From assembly GCF_036321535.1 (NCBI RefSeq), contig NC_087437.1, forward strand, positions 9,984,001-10,048,000: 64,000 nt of DNA, in the 5' to 3' direction. Source of the stretch: Camelus dromedarius. Taxonomy: Eukaryota. The notes under the pieces are model-generated. The model did not search any database, had not been told where the DNA came from, and worked only from the letters and a program-made list of their open reading frames with translations. This document shows positions 1 through 11,829 of the stretch, piece after piece. The translations under genes were made by a program, and so were the position numbers. The first letter of the stretch is position 1. Every line of letters starts with the position of its first letter.

Positions 1-260
1 TTTTTTTAGAAGCCAACTCAGTGAAGTTTTCTACAAAGGAGAGCATGGGAAAAATAAAATTACTTCTATGGTTATATCAAATGCTGGTTATCCACTGTTA
101 TTATAAAACAATTAATTGAACATTTATTATATCAAGAGGTATAGAAATAAGAATATGGCCAAAGACAGAGATAGATATGTAGTTACAGGTACGTGGATAG
201 GGATATATGATATTGATAAATATGTGATTGTGGATAATAGACTTAATAGACAGTTGGATG

Positions 261-402
261 CTCACAGCAACCCTGTGAGGCAGGGTTTATTATCTCCACT
301 TCATAGATGAGGAAGCACAGAAAAGTAAAGTAACTTGCTCCAGGTTACACAGCTGGTATTGCCAGGATTCCAACCTAAGGCTGCAAACACCATGCTTTTC
401 AA
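261..402 (-). mobile_element. MIR SINE fragment
   Basis: Reverse complement of MIR core: ctcacagcaaccctgtgagg...tagatgaggaagcacag...gtaacttgctccaggttacacagctgg. Confidence 0.8.
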
Positions 403-977
403 CACCAACTCCCTTTAAGATGTTTTTTCCTAGTGAAAAATAGAAAGAGGAGCAGGCATCAGGTACAGTGAGAGACCCAACTCTTTGCCTCTCTCTCTTC
501 AGGGTGCTACAGAGAATGATAAAAATGAATGTGGGCATCACAAATGTGAATGCAGAGTCTTGGGGCATGCACTGAGGTACATCACTGGGAATATACGTGA
601 GATGAGAGGCAGGCTGGAGATTTGCCTGTGAGTGAGATGGACCTAGGACAGGGAAATCAGCATTGGGATGGGGGTGAGGGAACCAAGAATCAGGAAAGGA
701 AGTAGCAGATGCCAGGATTTTCCTTTTCCTCTTCCTTTTCTTGCCACTTTAAATGGACTGTGAGTTAAGACTAGAAGACAAAGATTGAGAATTAAGCTTC
801 AGCATCTGAAATAATTAAAGGGAAAACAAAACTGAAGACCTCACAAAAAAACAGCAGCAATGGAAAGGTACTGAGTCCCAAGGCTGCCCAGCCAGAGCAG
901 AGGGTGCCTGTGCACGTGGGCCCAAGGTCCTTGAGTATCTTTGCAAATTGATATACATGCTGGCAGTGGCTTTGAAG

Positions 978-1208
978 CATTGGTTCTCAACTGGGGATGA
1001 TTTTGTCAACATCCACCTCCACCCCTGCTGAGAACACCTGACAATGTCTGGAGACCCTTTTCATTGTCAAGACTCGGGGAGGGGTGCTACTGGCACACTG
1101 TGGGCAGAGACCAGAAATACAGCTGAACATCCTATGAAGCACAGGACAGCCCCTCAAAACAAAGAATTGTCCAGCCCCAAATGTCAATGATGTCACTGTT
1201 GAGTAATG
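978..1208 (+). mobile_element. MER20 hAT-Charlie DNA transposon, near full length
   Basis: cattggttctcaactgggg...caatgtctggagac...gtgctactggca...cacaggacagcccc...aaagaattgtccagccccaaatgtcaat follows the recalled MER20 consensus. Confidence 0.85.
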
Positions 1209-1726
1209 TTATGTCAACATATCTGTTACTTGTGTCTTTCCTTGTATAGACTGAGGCCCCTCAGAGGAAAGTTCAGGAACTGACAGAAAGAATGAATTGG
1301 GTCTGCTCTCTTTCCAGTCTCTCATGTAAGAGAGAAAAAATTCAGAGCTAGAAGCTGAAACAGCTGTTTTTAGGGGAAATGTTTTGACCCTGTGGGTATC
1401 AGCACTGCTACCTAGGAGATCCAGGAACAAAACACAACCAAAGACTGGCGAAAGGGCTGTTTTCTCCACTTCTTCTTGGATCTTAGTATGGATCGAGCAT
1501 TTTAAGGATGTCTTTGGCTTAAGCACCAGTAGTTTGATCATGGTAAACATCAATGTATATAGGTCCCTAAAATGACTTTGCAAAAAGGAGACAACTTCAA
1601 GAGGTAGCTGGGGCAGGATAGGAGTGACAAGGTTGGTAGCAATATGCAGTGATATTTGGGTGTATGAATATGCCCCTTAAACTCTCATCCTCCACCTCCA
1701 TGTCTGCCAGAAATACTTGAGGGAAA

Positions 1727-2780
1727 ATTTGAATAGACTCTCTTTGATCTATCGTATTGCCTTTGCCCCTTTGTGAAAGATTAGTTGACTATATTTATGT
1801 GGGTCTATTTCTGGACTCTATTTTGTCCTATTGATCTATGACTTCTGTCTGTTGTTTCATCTGTACCTTACTGTCTAATTAACTGTAGCTTTGTTGGAAG
1901 TCTTCAGGTCAGGTAGCATCAGTCCTCCAACTTTGTTCTTCTCCTTCAATATTGTGTTGGCCATTCTGGGTCTTTGCCTTCTCCATGTAAACTTTACAAT
2001 CAGTTTATTGATATCTACAAAATAACTGTCTAGAATTTAGATTAAGATTTAATTGAATCTATAGATCAAGTTGCAAAGAACTGAGATCTTGACAATATTG
2101 AGTCTTCCTATTCATGAACCTTTCCATTTACTTAATTCTTCTATTTCATTCAGCAGAGTTTTGTATTTTTCCTCATATAAATCTTAGACATAGTTTGTTT
2201 GATTTATATTGGAGTATTTCATTTATAAGGGGTCTAATTTTAAATGGTATTGTGTTTTAAATTTCAAATTCCAGTTATTCATCGCTGGTATATAGGAAAG
2301 CAACTGACTTTTGTATATTAACCTTATATCCTGCAACTTTACTCGACTCACTTACTAGTTGCAGAAGTTTTTTGGTCAACTCTTTTAGATTTTCTACAGT
2401 AATGATCAGATCATCTGCAAACAAAGACGGTCTTATTTCTTTCTTCCCAATCTATATATCCTTTATCTCCCTTTCTTGCCTTATTGCATTAGCAAGGACT
2501 TCCGGTACGATGTTGAAAAGGACAGATGGGAGGGGATGTCTCATTATTAAGTATGATGTCAGCTGTAGGTTGATTTGCAGATATTCTTTGTCAAGTTAAG
2601 ATGATTCCTCTCTGTTCCTAGTTTACTGATAGTTTTTATCCTGAATGGGTGTTAGATTTTTGTTGAGTAATTCTTCTGCATCGACTGATAAGACCATGTG
2701 ATTTTTCATTTTTAGTCTGTTGATGTAATTGATTATATTAATCTATTTTTGAATATTGAGACAACCTTGCATACTTGGGG
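1727..2780 (-). mobile_element. Old L1 (L1M-type) ORF2 fragment, degenerate
   Basis: Antisense ORF2 hallmarks: gggtctatttctggactcta, cagtcctccaactttgttcttct, ttgaatctatagatcaagttg, atcatctgcaaacaaagac, gcaaggacttccggtacgatgttgaa. Confidence 0.9.
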
Positions 2781-3503
2781 GTCCTTAGCAGCGCAGGCAC
2801 TGAGTGTTTGTAACAGCAGGGAGGGCTGTTGGGATCCTTGGTGGTGAAGCCTTCTAGGGTCTTCCTATTCTCTTTTTCCCTCTTGGGTAGAAGTCATAGC
2901 CAAGAGAATCTCTCTACACTGGGTGGGGCATATAGGTATGCAGGCAGAGGTGCTGGGGTCCAAAACATGGGCATGTGTGGAATGGCTGCAGATCTGGGTT
3001 CAGGGCATGTGCACAGCTGTGTAGAGTTGGGAATGGATCATGGCTCTTGTCCTGGGGTGGTACAGTTCTGATTCCTTCTCCAGGAGAGTACAGCATGGTG
3101 GACTCTGGGCAGCTGCCATCATCATCAGTGAAGACTGAGAGGATTCTCAGGGCGAAAAGTCTGTCGGTGTCCATGGTGTTGGCAAGAGCTTCTAGGGTCC
3201 TTCCAATGTCCTTTTCTCCCCACAAGGAGAAGAATTCCAAGAGGTTCCCTCTTAACGTCAAGTTGTGCTGGATTGGGGAATGAGGTGACATAGGCAAAAT
3301 GCAGCCTTCACTTTTCTACATGGCTGTTGTTGCTGTTTTTGCTCGTCTGGGTTATTGTAGGTTCTTCACTGTGCTCTGGAGCTCCCACAGCTGTTTTCAT
3401 TGTGATACAGTTGTCTATTCATTGACTTAGTTGGGTTTTTCTTTTTTGGGAGGGGGTGGTGATGAGAATTGGGACCACCTTGTTCACCATCCTGTTGCCA
3501 TCT
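2781..3503 (-). mobile_element. Probable old L1 5' UTR region abutting the ORF2 fragment
   Basis: G-richer segment ending in gggaccaccttgttcaccatcctgttgccatc, resembling the antisense of an L1M 5' terminus. Confidence 0.45.
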
Positions 3504-3819
3504 CTTTGAATTTTCTCTTGAAACTTTTCTCTAGGTTTGGAATTATTTCAAAACTAAAAGTTACCAAAATAAACAAACAAAAACCTTTAATTAGAAGGTT
3601 TTCAATGATCAATGACCAATTGTCAGGGGCCCAGAAAACTCACCACTGATTGAAAGCTCTGTGTTTATAGAGAAAACATTGTTTTTCACCTCATGGCTGA
3701 GTCTAGAAACACCTAAATGTCTTGGCAAGGATGTTCTAGGATGGTGGTATGCAAAATAACATAATGACAGAACACATGAGCTTCACTTTTGGGCAAAAAT
3801 GACTCTTTAGAAAATTGCT

Positions 3820-3866
3820 CAGAGGGTTGATGCCCCTAACCCCTGTGTTTTCCAAGGGTCAACTAT
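3820..3866. mobile_element. Tigger2-family terminal fragment
   Basis: gcccctaacccctgtgttttccaagggtcaactata resembles the Tigger2/MER8 terminal inverted repeat. Confidence 0.6.
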
Positions 3867-3908
3867 ACTACTCTTTAATTTTAGCCTATTTGTCATGTAT
3901 TCAGAAGA

Positions 3909-4200
3909 AATTCTGATTCAAAAAGACACATACACCCCAATGTTCATAGCGACATCATATACAATAGCCAAGACATGGAAGCAACCTAAATGTCTATCGA
4001 CAGATGACAGGATAAAGAAGCTGTGGTATATTTATACAATGGAATACTACGTACAGCCATAAAAAGAATAAAATAATGCCATTTGCAGCAATATGGATGG
4101 ACCTGGAGATTGTCATTCTAAGTGAAGCCAGAAAGAGAAAGAAAAATACTATATGACATTGCTTATATGTGGAATATAAAAATAAATAAATAAACAAATA
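3909..4200 (+). mobile_element. Lineage-specific L1, ORF2 C-terminus plus start of 3' UTR
   Basis: caaaaagacacatacaccccaatgttcatagc...acaatagccaagacatggaagcaacctaaatgtc...tggatggacctggagattgtcattctaagtgaa, ending in an A-rich run. Confidence 0.9.
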
Positions 4201-4704
4201 GAAAGTTTTTTCTCTCTGGGTCTTGCTTCCTCCGTCTTTACAACGAGAGTCAACAGCAGCAACAAGCTCTTAACATCACTAAGAGGATGAAATTAGGCAA
4301 AGAAAATTAAGTGCTTGGCCCCTGAATATTGGCTCTTATTATCCCAAATGTCTCCTAACGCATGCCTTAGCTTGCTAAGTATATCAAGCAACATAGAGAA
4401 GAAAAACAAAAGTATTTTGAAAGAAAAGAGAGTAAAAGGATAACATATTTTTCCCAAGCAGAAAAAATATTAATTAACTTTTAAAAAACCCATTAAAGTA
4501 ATCTGTTTTACTCGCGCACACAGCGGAGCATGCGTCAGTACACAATACTGGGATGAGACATATGCGTGTATAGAATTTGGACATTTCCCATGTCTCTGTG
4601 ACCCAATCTTAGCTTGGCATGCTGACAGTCTTATTCCTGAAAAGCCACACATGGATTATCCTAAAGAAATGATCTAATAATTGTGGGAACAACAACATTA
4701 CTTC

Positions 4705-4892
4705 TCATTTATTGGGCATATTACCCTGGGCCAGGTGCTTTACATACCTCTTTGCATCAATTAGCTTCTTATGGCCTCGTAAAAACTCTTTGAGGTGGGT
4801 ATTATTATCCTATTATGCAGCGGGTTGGCATAGTTGAATTTTGAATCCTGATAATAAGATTGTGTAGTCTTGGCTCTTAACCAGTATATTAT
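4705..4892 (-). mobile_element. MIR fragment
   Basis: catttattgggc...gccaggtgctttacatac...tgaggtgggtattattatcc...gctcttaacca. Confidence 0.65.
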
Positions 4893-5239
4893 GTTTCCAC
4901 TTTTATCGTCTTCCCAGTGAGTAGCCAGAGCAGAGTCACGGGAATCCCATGTGGGGAAGGGAGTGATGTTTAAATATCTAACTTGGAAGTTTCAAGAAAG
5001 TCAAGCAGAAGCAGCAGGACTCTTGTGGTGAGGTAAAGGACACTGGAATCCAGTTCTTGGACAGGATGTATGTGGAGGTAAACTTGGCGATGATAAATGA
5101 AGACTTTAGTTCTATAAACCCTGGACTACACAGCAAAGTACCAGGAGAGGACTTAAACTCCTTAGCAGTTTCAAGGAGGAGAATAGTAAACCCTCTCCAC
5201 ATTGGACTTTATTTTCAGATTCTAGAACATTGAGCTAGG

Positions 5240-5422
5240 CCACAAGCTTTGATGTGAGACCATCTTGATTGGAATTCCAGCACTACCACTAAAGGGCTGT
5301 GAAATTGTGTACAAGTTACATGAGATTCTCAGTCTTAGCTTCCTCATGTGCAAATCACATGGAATAATACATATTTTACACTATTATTGAGAAGACCAGA
5401 GACAATTGATGTCTAAAAATCT
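5240..5422 (+). mobile_element. MIR fragment
   Basis: ggaattccagcactaccact...gctgtga...caagttacat...cttcctcatgtgcaaat. Confidence 0.6.
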
Positions 5423-5689
5423 AATTTACTATCTGGCTTTACTACAAAATAAATACCGATAGAGATAAAGGGAAAGTCTGGAGAGCTGTGGCATTGATCT
5501 TGGCACGAAGCTGAATCTTACAGGGGCCAAGGTGGTCTGCAGTGCACTATAGGAAAGGACGCCATGCAGGGATCTGGACGTGGAGCACAGATTATAAAAT
5601 GAACAGCAAAAAGATTTTCCTTCCAAAAGTCACTATTTGTTGCCACTCATCATTGATGTGTCCTTCTTCTGGGGACTAAACCCTAACTG

Positions 5690-6219
5690 ACTCCTGCAGA
5701 TTAATCCTTCTCTACTCTCAGTCTATATGGTGTGAGTGGAACCAACCATTCTTCCTCCTTGGGAGACAGACGTGGGACCTCACCTCACCCGGTCAGAACA
5801 TCTCACACCCCCGGCTGCCGTGAATGACTTGCTCATAGACGTGTGACCCCGGTAGAGCCTACAGGGTGCACAGAAGCTTTTTCTAAAACTTCTGGGTCAG
5901 AGTTTATGGTCCTTTACCACTGAAACATGAACCTGAGAGGATGGGTGCTCTGGTGTTGCTACTTTTGAGGGGAGAACTCGTCCTGGAGTGCAGCCAACAC
6001 AGAAGAAACAGAGTCCAGAGATAAAGAAAAGATACCAGGACCCCAGTAGCATTATTTGAATGCCAGCTTTAAGCTGTGCCTCATAGTAATCCCATCCTTT
6101 GATTTTCATAATCCCATCCTTTGATTTTCTACTTATGTGTATCAATGATTTTTTTTTTCTCAAAACAATTTGGGTCAGACTTTCTGTGACTTCACACCTA
6201 AAGATTCTAAACCAATACA
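5690..6219 (+). mobile_element. MaLR LTR (MLT1K/J-like)
   Basis: gcagccaacacagaagaaacagag...; terminal tttctgtgacttcacacctaaagattctaaccaataca typical of old MLT1 3' ends. Confidence 0.7.
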
Positions 6220-6647
6220 TCCCTCACCTAAATAAAAGGAAAGAAAGGGCTACAAGCCTCTTATTCACTAGCTCTTGTTTTCTCCCCTACTAAAATTTCA
6301 ATTAGAAGAATCAGAACTTTGAATATGGGTATAAGCAATACTACATTCTCATGCTAAGAGTACCATTAAGCACATCCTTGTGGTATTTTATTTAGGGACA
6401 TTTATTCACTATTCTATTTTCATATACATTATGTATGTATACGTGCACACAGTGGAGTGGAAAAATCCATGTAAATAATTTTAACAATTACTGGGTAATA
6501 GATGAATGAAATGCCATTGACTTTGATGGCCTCTAGTTGACATCTCAAAAACAGTAATGAAAGAGATCTATTGAATGTGCACTCGGAATGAGTCTGTAAT
6601 AAACAAACCACATTATATTTTTGAAAGAAGCTTCTTTGGATGAGTAT

Positions 6648-6724
6648 GGAAGGAAGTAAGGAAGGGAGGGAGGGAGGGAAGAGGAAGGAGAGAAGGCAGG
6701 GAGAGGGAGGAAGAAAGGAAGAGA
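6648..6724 (+). repeat. Polypurine (GGAA/GGGA)n low-complexity tract
   Basis: ggaaggaagtaaggaagggagggagggagggaagaggaagg... Confidence 0.9.
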
Positions 6725-7705
6725 AACAAAACCAAAACTGACATGAAGCCAAGAAGAGAAATCAGCAGGTGTTTTCTTTTCAGCCCAGTGTAATAACACA
6801 AGAGTAAACTCAATGGGACCCCAGTGGTCCGAATGGCCTTCCAAAAAGAGTTGGATTTAGAACTGGGCACTGGTTTGGTAGGCGAAAGGAAACTAGAGCG
6901 CATTACTGAAATTCAAAACGGCTCCACTTTTAGTTTAAAGCCTTCAGTCTGTAGCAGATAAAGAAAGCAGGTCCAGATATTTTTAAAACCCAGAAATGAC
7001 TGAAGTAAGAAATTAAATGAAGTTGTAGTACTAGGACTTTTGTGACATTCAAAATTTGATAAAGATTTGTCACCTTTTTATTGACATAACTTGTTCTTGC
7101 ACAAATAATCACAATGGGAGGATTTGTTTCTTTAGCTGTGCTGCAGGCTTGACTACAGTTAGAGGCTTTGATGTAGGGAGGCTGGACACGGGCTGTAGAC
7201 AGTGAAGTAAAAGATGACTTGAAACTTCCAGTTCAGAGGTGAAATCTAGGCAGACCTCATCTTTGAAGTGTGGGTCTGAAGAGAAGAAGCCAAGGTACAA
7301 ACATCTAGACATGACTCAGTAGACAGAAATATGTCCCAGACCACACAAAAGCTATTAGGGACATGGAATAGAAACCAGATAGCTGGAGAGACTCTGTGAG
7401 CAGAAAGTTGCAAATTGAGAAACAACTATTTTGGATACACAACCCACATACCTACCAGGGCCAGACAGAAAAAGCACACAAGGACAGAGGGCACAGTGGA
7501 AAATGATCTCAGTCTGCCTTGTACATTCCCACCTTCGGGAGAGGACTCCTAACACAACATCGACGGTAGAGGCATGATGGTAAACAAACTGACAGCTAAA
7601 TGCGTGGGAAGTGAGCAATAGAGAGTGGTGGAGACTGCAGAAATAGAGCGTTCACCCATTCACTCATTCATACACACGTGTTTAGTTGTTTTTTGCGTGT
7701 TTGTT

Positions 7706-8180
7706 ACAGAACCCCTTTATGTTCTTTAAATTTTCCGAGGAATCCAAAGAATTTTTGTTTACATGAGTTTCACCTGTTGATACTAAAATCATTAGAAATT
7801 AAAAGAGAGGTTAAAATATGTTTACATATTATTTATTTTAAAATAACAATAATAAACATTACATGCTAATGTAAAGTTTTACGTAAGTAACTATATTTTC
7901 CAGAATGAAACAGATTGGGTGAGAAGAATGTTATTGTTTTACATTTTTTGCATAATCTCTTCAAAGGCTGACTTCGTTAAGCAACAGCTGGAATCTGTTA
8001 GCTTCTGCATCCTTTAATCTGTTGCAATGTCACATGTCACGTAGCCTCTAGAAAACTCCACTGTACACTCGCGATAAAATGAGTCATACGCAAAATGTTC
8101 TACTGTTATGAAATTAGCTTTGACGTTGTGGATGCCCCGGATACACAAGGGGTCTTGGACAACACTCTGAGACCTGCTGT
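7706..8180 (+). mobile_element. hAT-Charlie DNA transposon (MER119/Charlie7-like)
   Basis: cagaacccctttat...ttagaaattaaaa...aaataacaataataaac...gtgagaagaatgttattgttttacattttttgca...caacactctgagacctgctg. Confidence 0.75.
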
Positions 8181-8624
8181 TCTAGAACATTCCTAGTTTT
8201 CATGTCCTCATTCTTGAATTTAATCCCAGGCAAGAGTGTCTGCTTGCCTGAGCTCCAGATGCCAGAGGTCAGGAAAAGCAGGCATCTGGTCTTTTTTGTT
8301 TCTCTGGTAGTGAGAGATCGCGTTCTGCTTTTCACCATAATTCACATACTTGTAGATTCCTAAACCAAAAGAATATGTTTCAGACACTGGTCAGTGGCCC
8401 TCCCGCACCAAAAAAAAAAAAAAAAAAAAAAATCATTGCAATGTTGAGTTTTTACTAGAATTCATTCTGGCTACCACAGCTGCCATTGCAAGGTTACGTG
8501 CAGAAGAACAATTACTTATCTAAAAGGGAACAACACTAGGGGAGAAGGGAAGGCCGAGGAAGACATGGCTGGTGAGCATCCATGCAATGATTCCTGATTC
8601 GGCAGATACTGGAGATACGGGGTG

Positions 8625-8788
8625 GTAATTCACCTGTAACTTAGAATCTGCCCTCCGTATCCGCAGTTCCTTCACATTCACAGAGTCAACCAACCACGGA
8701 CCATGCAGTGCTGTTGTATTTAACGAAAAATGTAGGAGTAGAAGTGAACCCTTGCAGTTCAAACCTGTGTTGTTCAAGGGTCAACTGT
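8625..8788. mobile_element. Tigger2-derived MITE (MER8/Tigger2a-like), one terminal repeat retained
   Basis: ccctccgtatccgcagttcc...tcaaccaaccacgga...gcagttcaaacctgtgttgttcaagggtcaactg. Confidence 0.85.
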
Positions 8789-8951
8789 CCTCAAAACCAG
8801 CCCACTAAAGCTGAATCTATTATTCTCAGAATAGCTGCTGGACAAAGAAATGTGCCATGAATCTTAAAGCAAACATAAGATATTAGACCACTTGTTGGGG
8901 AGGGGGGGGAAGTTTTCCTACCCAAACATGAACATTGTTGTATTCTCTTTT

Positions 8952-9256
8952 CTTTTTTTTTTTTTTTTTAATATTTTTATTGAAGTATAGTCAGTTTACA
9001 AGGTTGTATCAATTTCTGGTGTCCATAGCTCACAGTGAAAAAAAAGTGACAATGAATATATGTACGTTCATGTATAACTGAAAAGTTGTGCTCTACGCTG
9101 GAAATTGACACAACATTGTAAAAAGACTATAACTCAATAAAAAAAAATGTAAAAAAAAAAATTCTGGTGTCCAGCACAATGCTTCAGTCATATAGGAACA
9201 TACATGTATTTGTTTTCATATTCTTTTTTACTATAAGTTACTGTAAGATATTGAAT
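8952..9256 (-). mobile_element. Lineage-specific L1 3' end, interrupted by a second L1
   Basis: Poly-T then ttattgaagtatagtcagtttacaa...ttctggtgtcca, resuming at 9162 with ttctggtgtccagcacaatgcttcagtcat. Confidence 0.9.
9026..9161 (+). mobile_element. Nested L1 3' end with poly(A) and 12-bp TSD
   Basis: tgtataactgaaaagttgtgctctacgctggaaattgacacaacattgt...ctataactcaataaaaaaa; TSD ttctggtgtcca at 9014-9025 and 9162-9173. Confidence 0.88.
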
Positions 9257-11339
9257 TTTCTAATCAGGATAAGATTCATTGATCAGATTCATGGATCACA
9301 AGCTATCTGCTTCGTTATCTTTTTATAATTACTCTTTCATTTTTCATCCTGGGGAATTGTTCAGAGAAACATCCCATATATATATTTGTATCCTAGCATA
9401 TATTTTAAACTGGTTCAGGGCCTATTTTTAAAATTATTCACATTACATTGGGCATTTTGTGCCAACTACTTTGTTTTCCAAACGAGTATTTCTTCTCTGC
9501 CATGGCAGGGTTAATCCTGTTTAGACACTTGACTCTTCATTCCGTACTTAGAAGCTATCTTCAGTCACAATGGAAAAAGCGCCTGCAATGTAATAGCTTC
9601 TTAGTACGGGTGATGCCACCCTAATAGAGCTGTCATTATTATTCTGAGCATCAGGCAAAAGGGGAAGAAGCGTGTTCACAGAGCCACAGGATCGAATGGT
9701 TCTCCTTCAGGTGTGTGGAGGTCGGCCTCGGGAAGAATGCAAACTAGTAGGAAGCTTAATTTATGAGCTCTCTAAGTACAAAGCTACAGAGGTAATGGAC
9801 TTCAAAATCGACTCCTTTAAACAGCTGTTTCTTCAGCTGGCGACAGCGTGCAAAAGAGTGGAAGAAAAAGAATAGACTGTCTTTGGAAGAAAATAATGTG
9901 CCACTGTACCAGGGTATGAACAGCTGGACATAATCGTCCCATTTCATGTCAAATGCGAAAAAAAAAAAGTCAGAGAATTATGTGTTGAGTGGCATATTCT
10001 TTTTGGTATTTGTGTAGATATTAAGCAGTAAATAAGATGCCATCTTTAGATTCAAAAACATAATTAGATAAAGTATATTTAGCATGGTATTAGAAATTGT
10101 AGCCTGGTATGATAATATGATGGGAAAATATCGGCATGGATCATTGGTCTTCAGTGAAGACGGTGTTTTCTCCACTTCATTTCTCCAGTCGTCCCACTTT
10201 AAATCACGGAAGGAGCCGAGGGGTCAAGACTATTCCCTAAAGATGAATTAATATTCTTTAGGCATTAGACTACCAGGTCAGTGTTCAGAGTCTTGATAAA
10301 GTGTGGATTTCCATCGGAACTTTGCCGTAATCTCCAGTGAGCAGCCAAGGTCCTGACACACGTGCCTTTCCTGCTCTGGGGATCCCACAGGCGATCTTCC
10401 AAAGCACTGAATTCCATTCAAAATATTTACCTGTGAAACTCACCTGCCAAAAGCCTAGGCATCTACAAAAGTGCATATTCAGAAGGTAAAATCTAGCAGT
10501 AATTTCGGATATAAGAAAACTCACTCCCCAGAAGGGAGTAACTGACAAGTAGCAGTAAAAATTAGCCAGAACCAATTATGTCTGCTGTAGAGATGGTTTG
10601 CTGTTCTGTGAGCTAATCTGGAAGCAGTTGTATGCAGGAAGGAGAGTGATATGGGAAAGGAGGTGAACAAAAATAGAATTTAATATTATATAACAAATAT
10701 TCCAGGGTAATAGAAGGAAAACAGAGGAACATAAGGCAGGTCAGATCCTTGGGGAATTTAGAATTGTGTCAGAGCGATGGCTAACTCCTAGAAACGTCTA
10801 TAGAGCATATGAAATGATCTGTGCAAACGCTCGTCATTCTAGAATTAAACTACAAAAATGCTACTGTTCCCACCATTCACAGAGCTTCTGGTGGTGACTA
10901 TTTGGAGAGACACGTGGCGATGGAATGAAAGGTAAGCAAGGATCTTTGCCACAGTGAGGGTTACGTATCTTACCTTCGCACTAGAGCTTTCATATTGAAC
11001 CCTAGCCCAGCAGACGGAGGACACACATGTTTGTGTAGATCAGACCATAAGTTTATTAAATAGATTCTGGAACTACTAGACAAACGAAAATGAATGTGCT
11101 GTCTACACATTTTCTATCAGCAACATAGTTTCCATTTCAAAGGATATTGCTTCTGAAAAGCCATAAAGAATAGAAACAAAATCTAGAAAAAGTTCTTAAA
11201 GAGAGGCAAAGGGTAACATTGATTATCAAGTAAAGTTCATAGATACAGGAGATCATTAATTTGAAATGTCAATACCTGTGACAAGTTTCATCTGATGAAG
11301 CTAGGTAAGGTAACTCAAATTCGTTCTCACTCTGTGTGT

Positions 11340-11786
11340 GTTTTGAAGTAGAGTTGATTAACAATGATGTGTTCATTTCTGGCTGAATCACAGCATAGTG
11401 ATTCAGTTATACATATATATTTTTCATATTCTTTTTCATTCTAGGCTATTACAAGATACTGAATGTAGTTCCCGATACTGTACAGAAGGACCTTGTTGTT
11501 TCTCTATCCTGTATATAGTAGCTTCTATCTGCTAACCCCAAACTCCCAATTTATCCTCCCCTTCTTCCCCCTTTGGCAATCATAAGTTTGTTTTCTATGT
11601 CTGTGAGTCTCTTTCTGTTTTGTAAATAAGTTTACTTGTGTCATTTTTTTAGATTCCACTCATACGTGATAGGATGTTATGTTTGTCTTTGTCTGACCTA
11701 TTTCACTTAGTATGATCATCACTAGGTCCATCTATGTTGCTGTAAATGGCATTATTTCATTCTTTTTAATGGCTGAGTAGTATTCC

Positions 11787-11790
<4 letters not shown>
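11340..11790 (-). mobile_element. Cetartiodactyl-type L1 3' end
   Basis: ttgaagtagagttgatt...tacaagatactgaatgtagttccc...tatgtctgtgagtct...tttaatggctgagtagtattccattg. Confidence 0.9.

Positions 11791-11827
<37 letters not shown>
11789..11827 (+). repeat. (TG)n microsatellite, about 19 units
   Basis: Pure tg run at the L1 edge. Confidence 0.95.

Positions 11828-11829
<2 letters not shown>

Noticed and set aside
8399..8432. cctcccgcacc(A)n as a truncated SINE tail
   Set aside because: Too short and no TSD, so it cannot be distinguished from a simple poly(A)
10882..10976. Opposing splice donors (+ AAG|gtaagc at 10931, - AAG|gtaaga at 10976)
   Set aside because: No supporting reading frame or partner exons; likely chance matches
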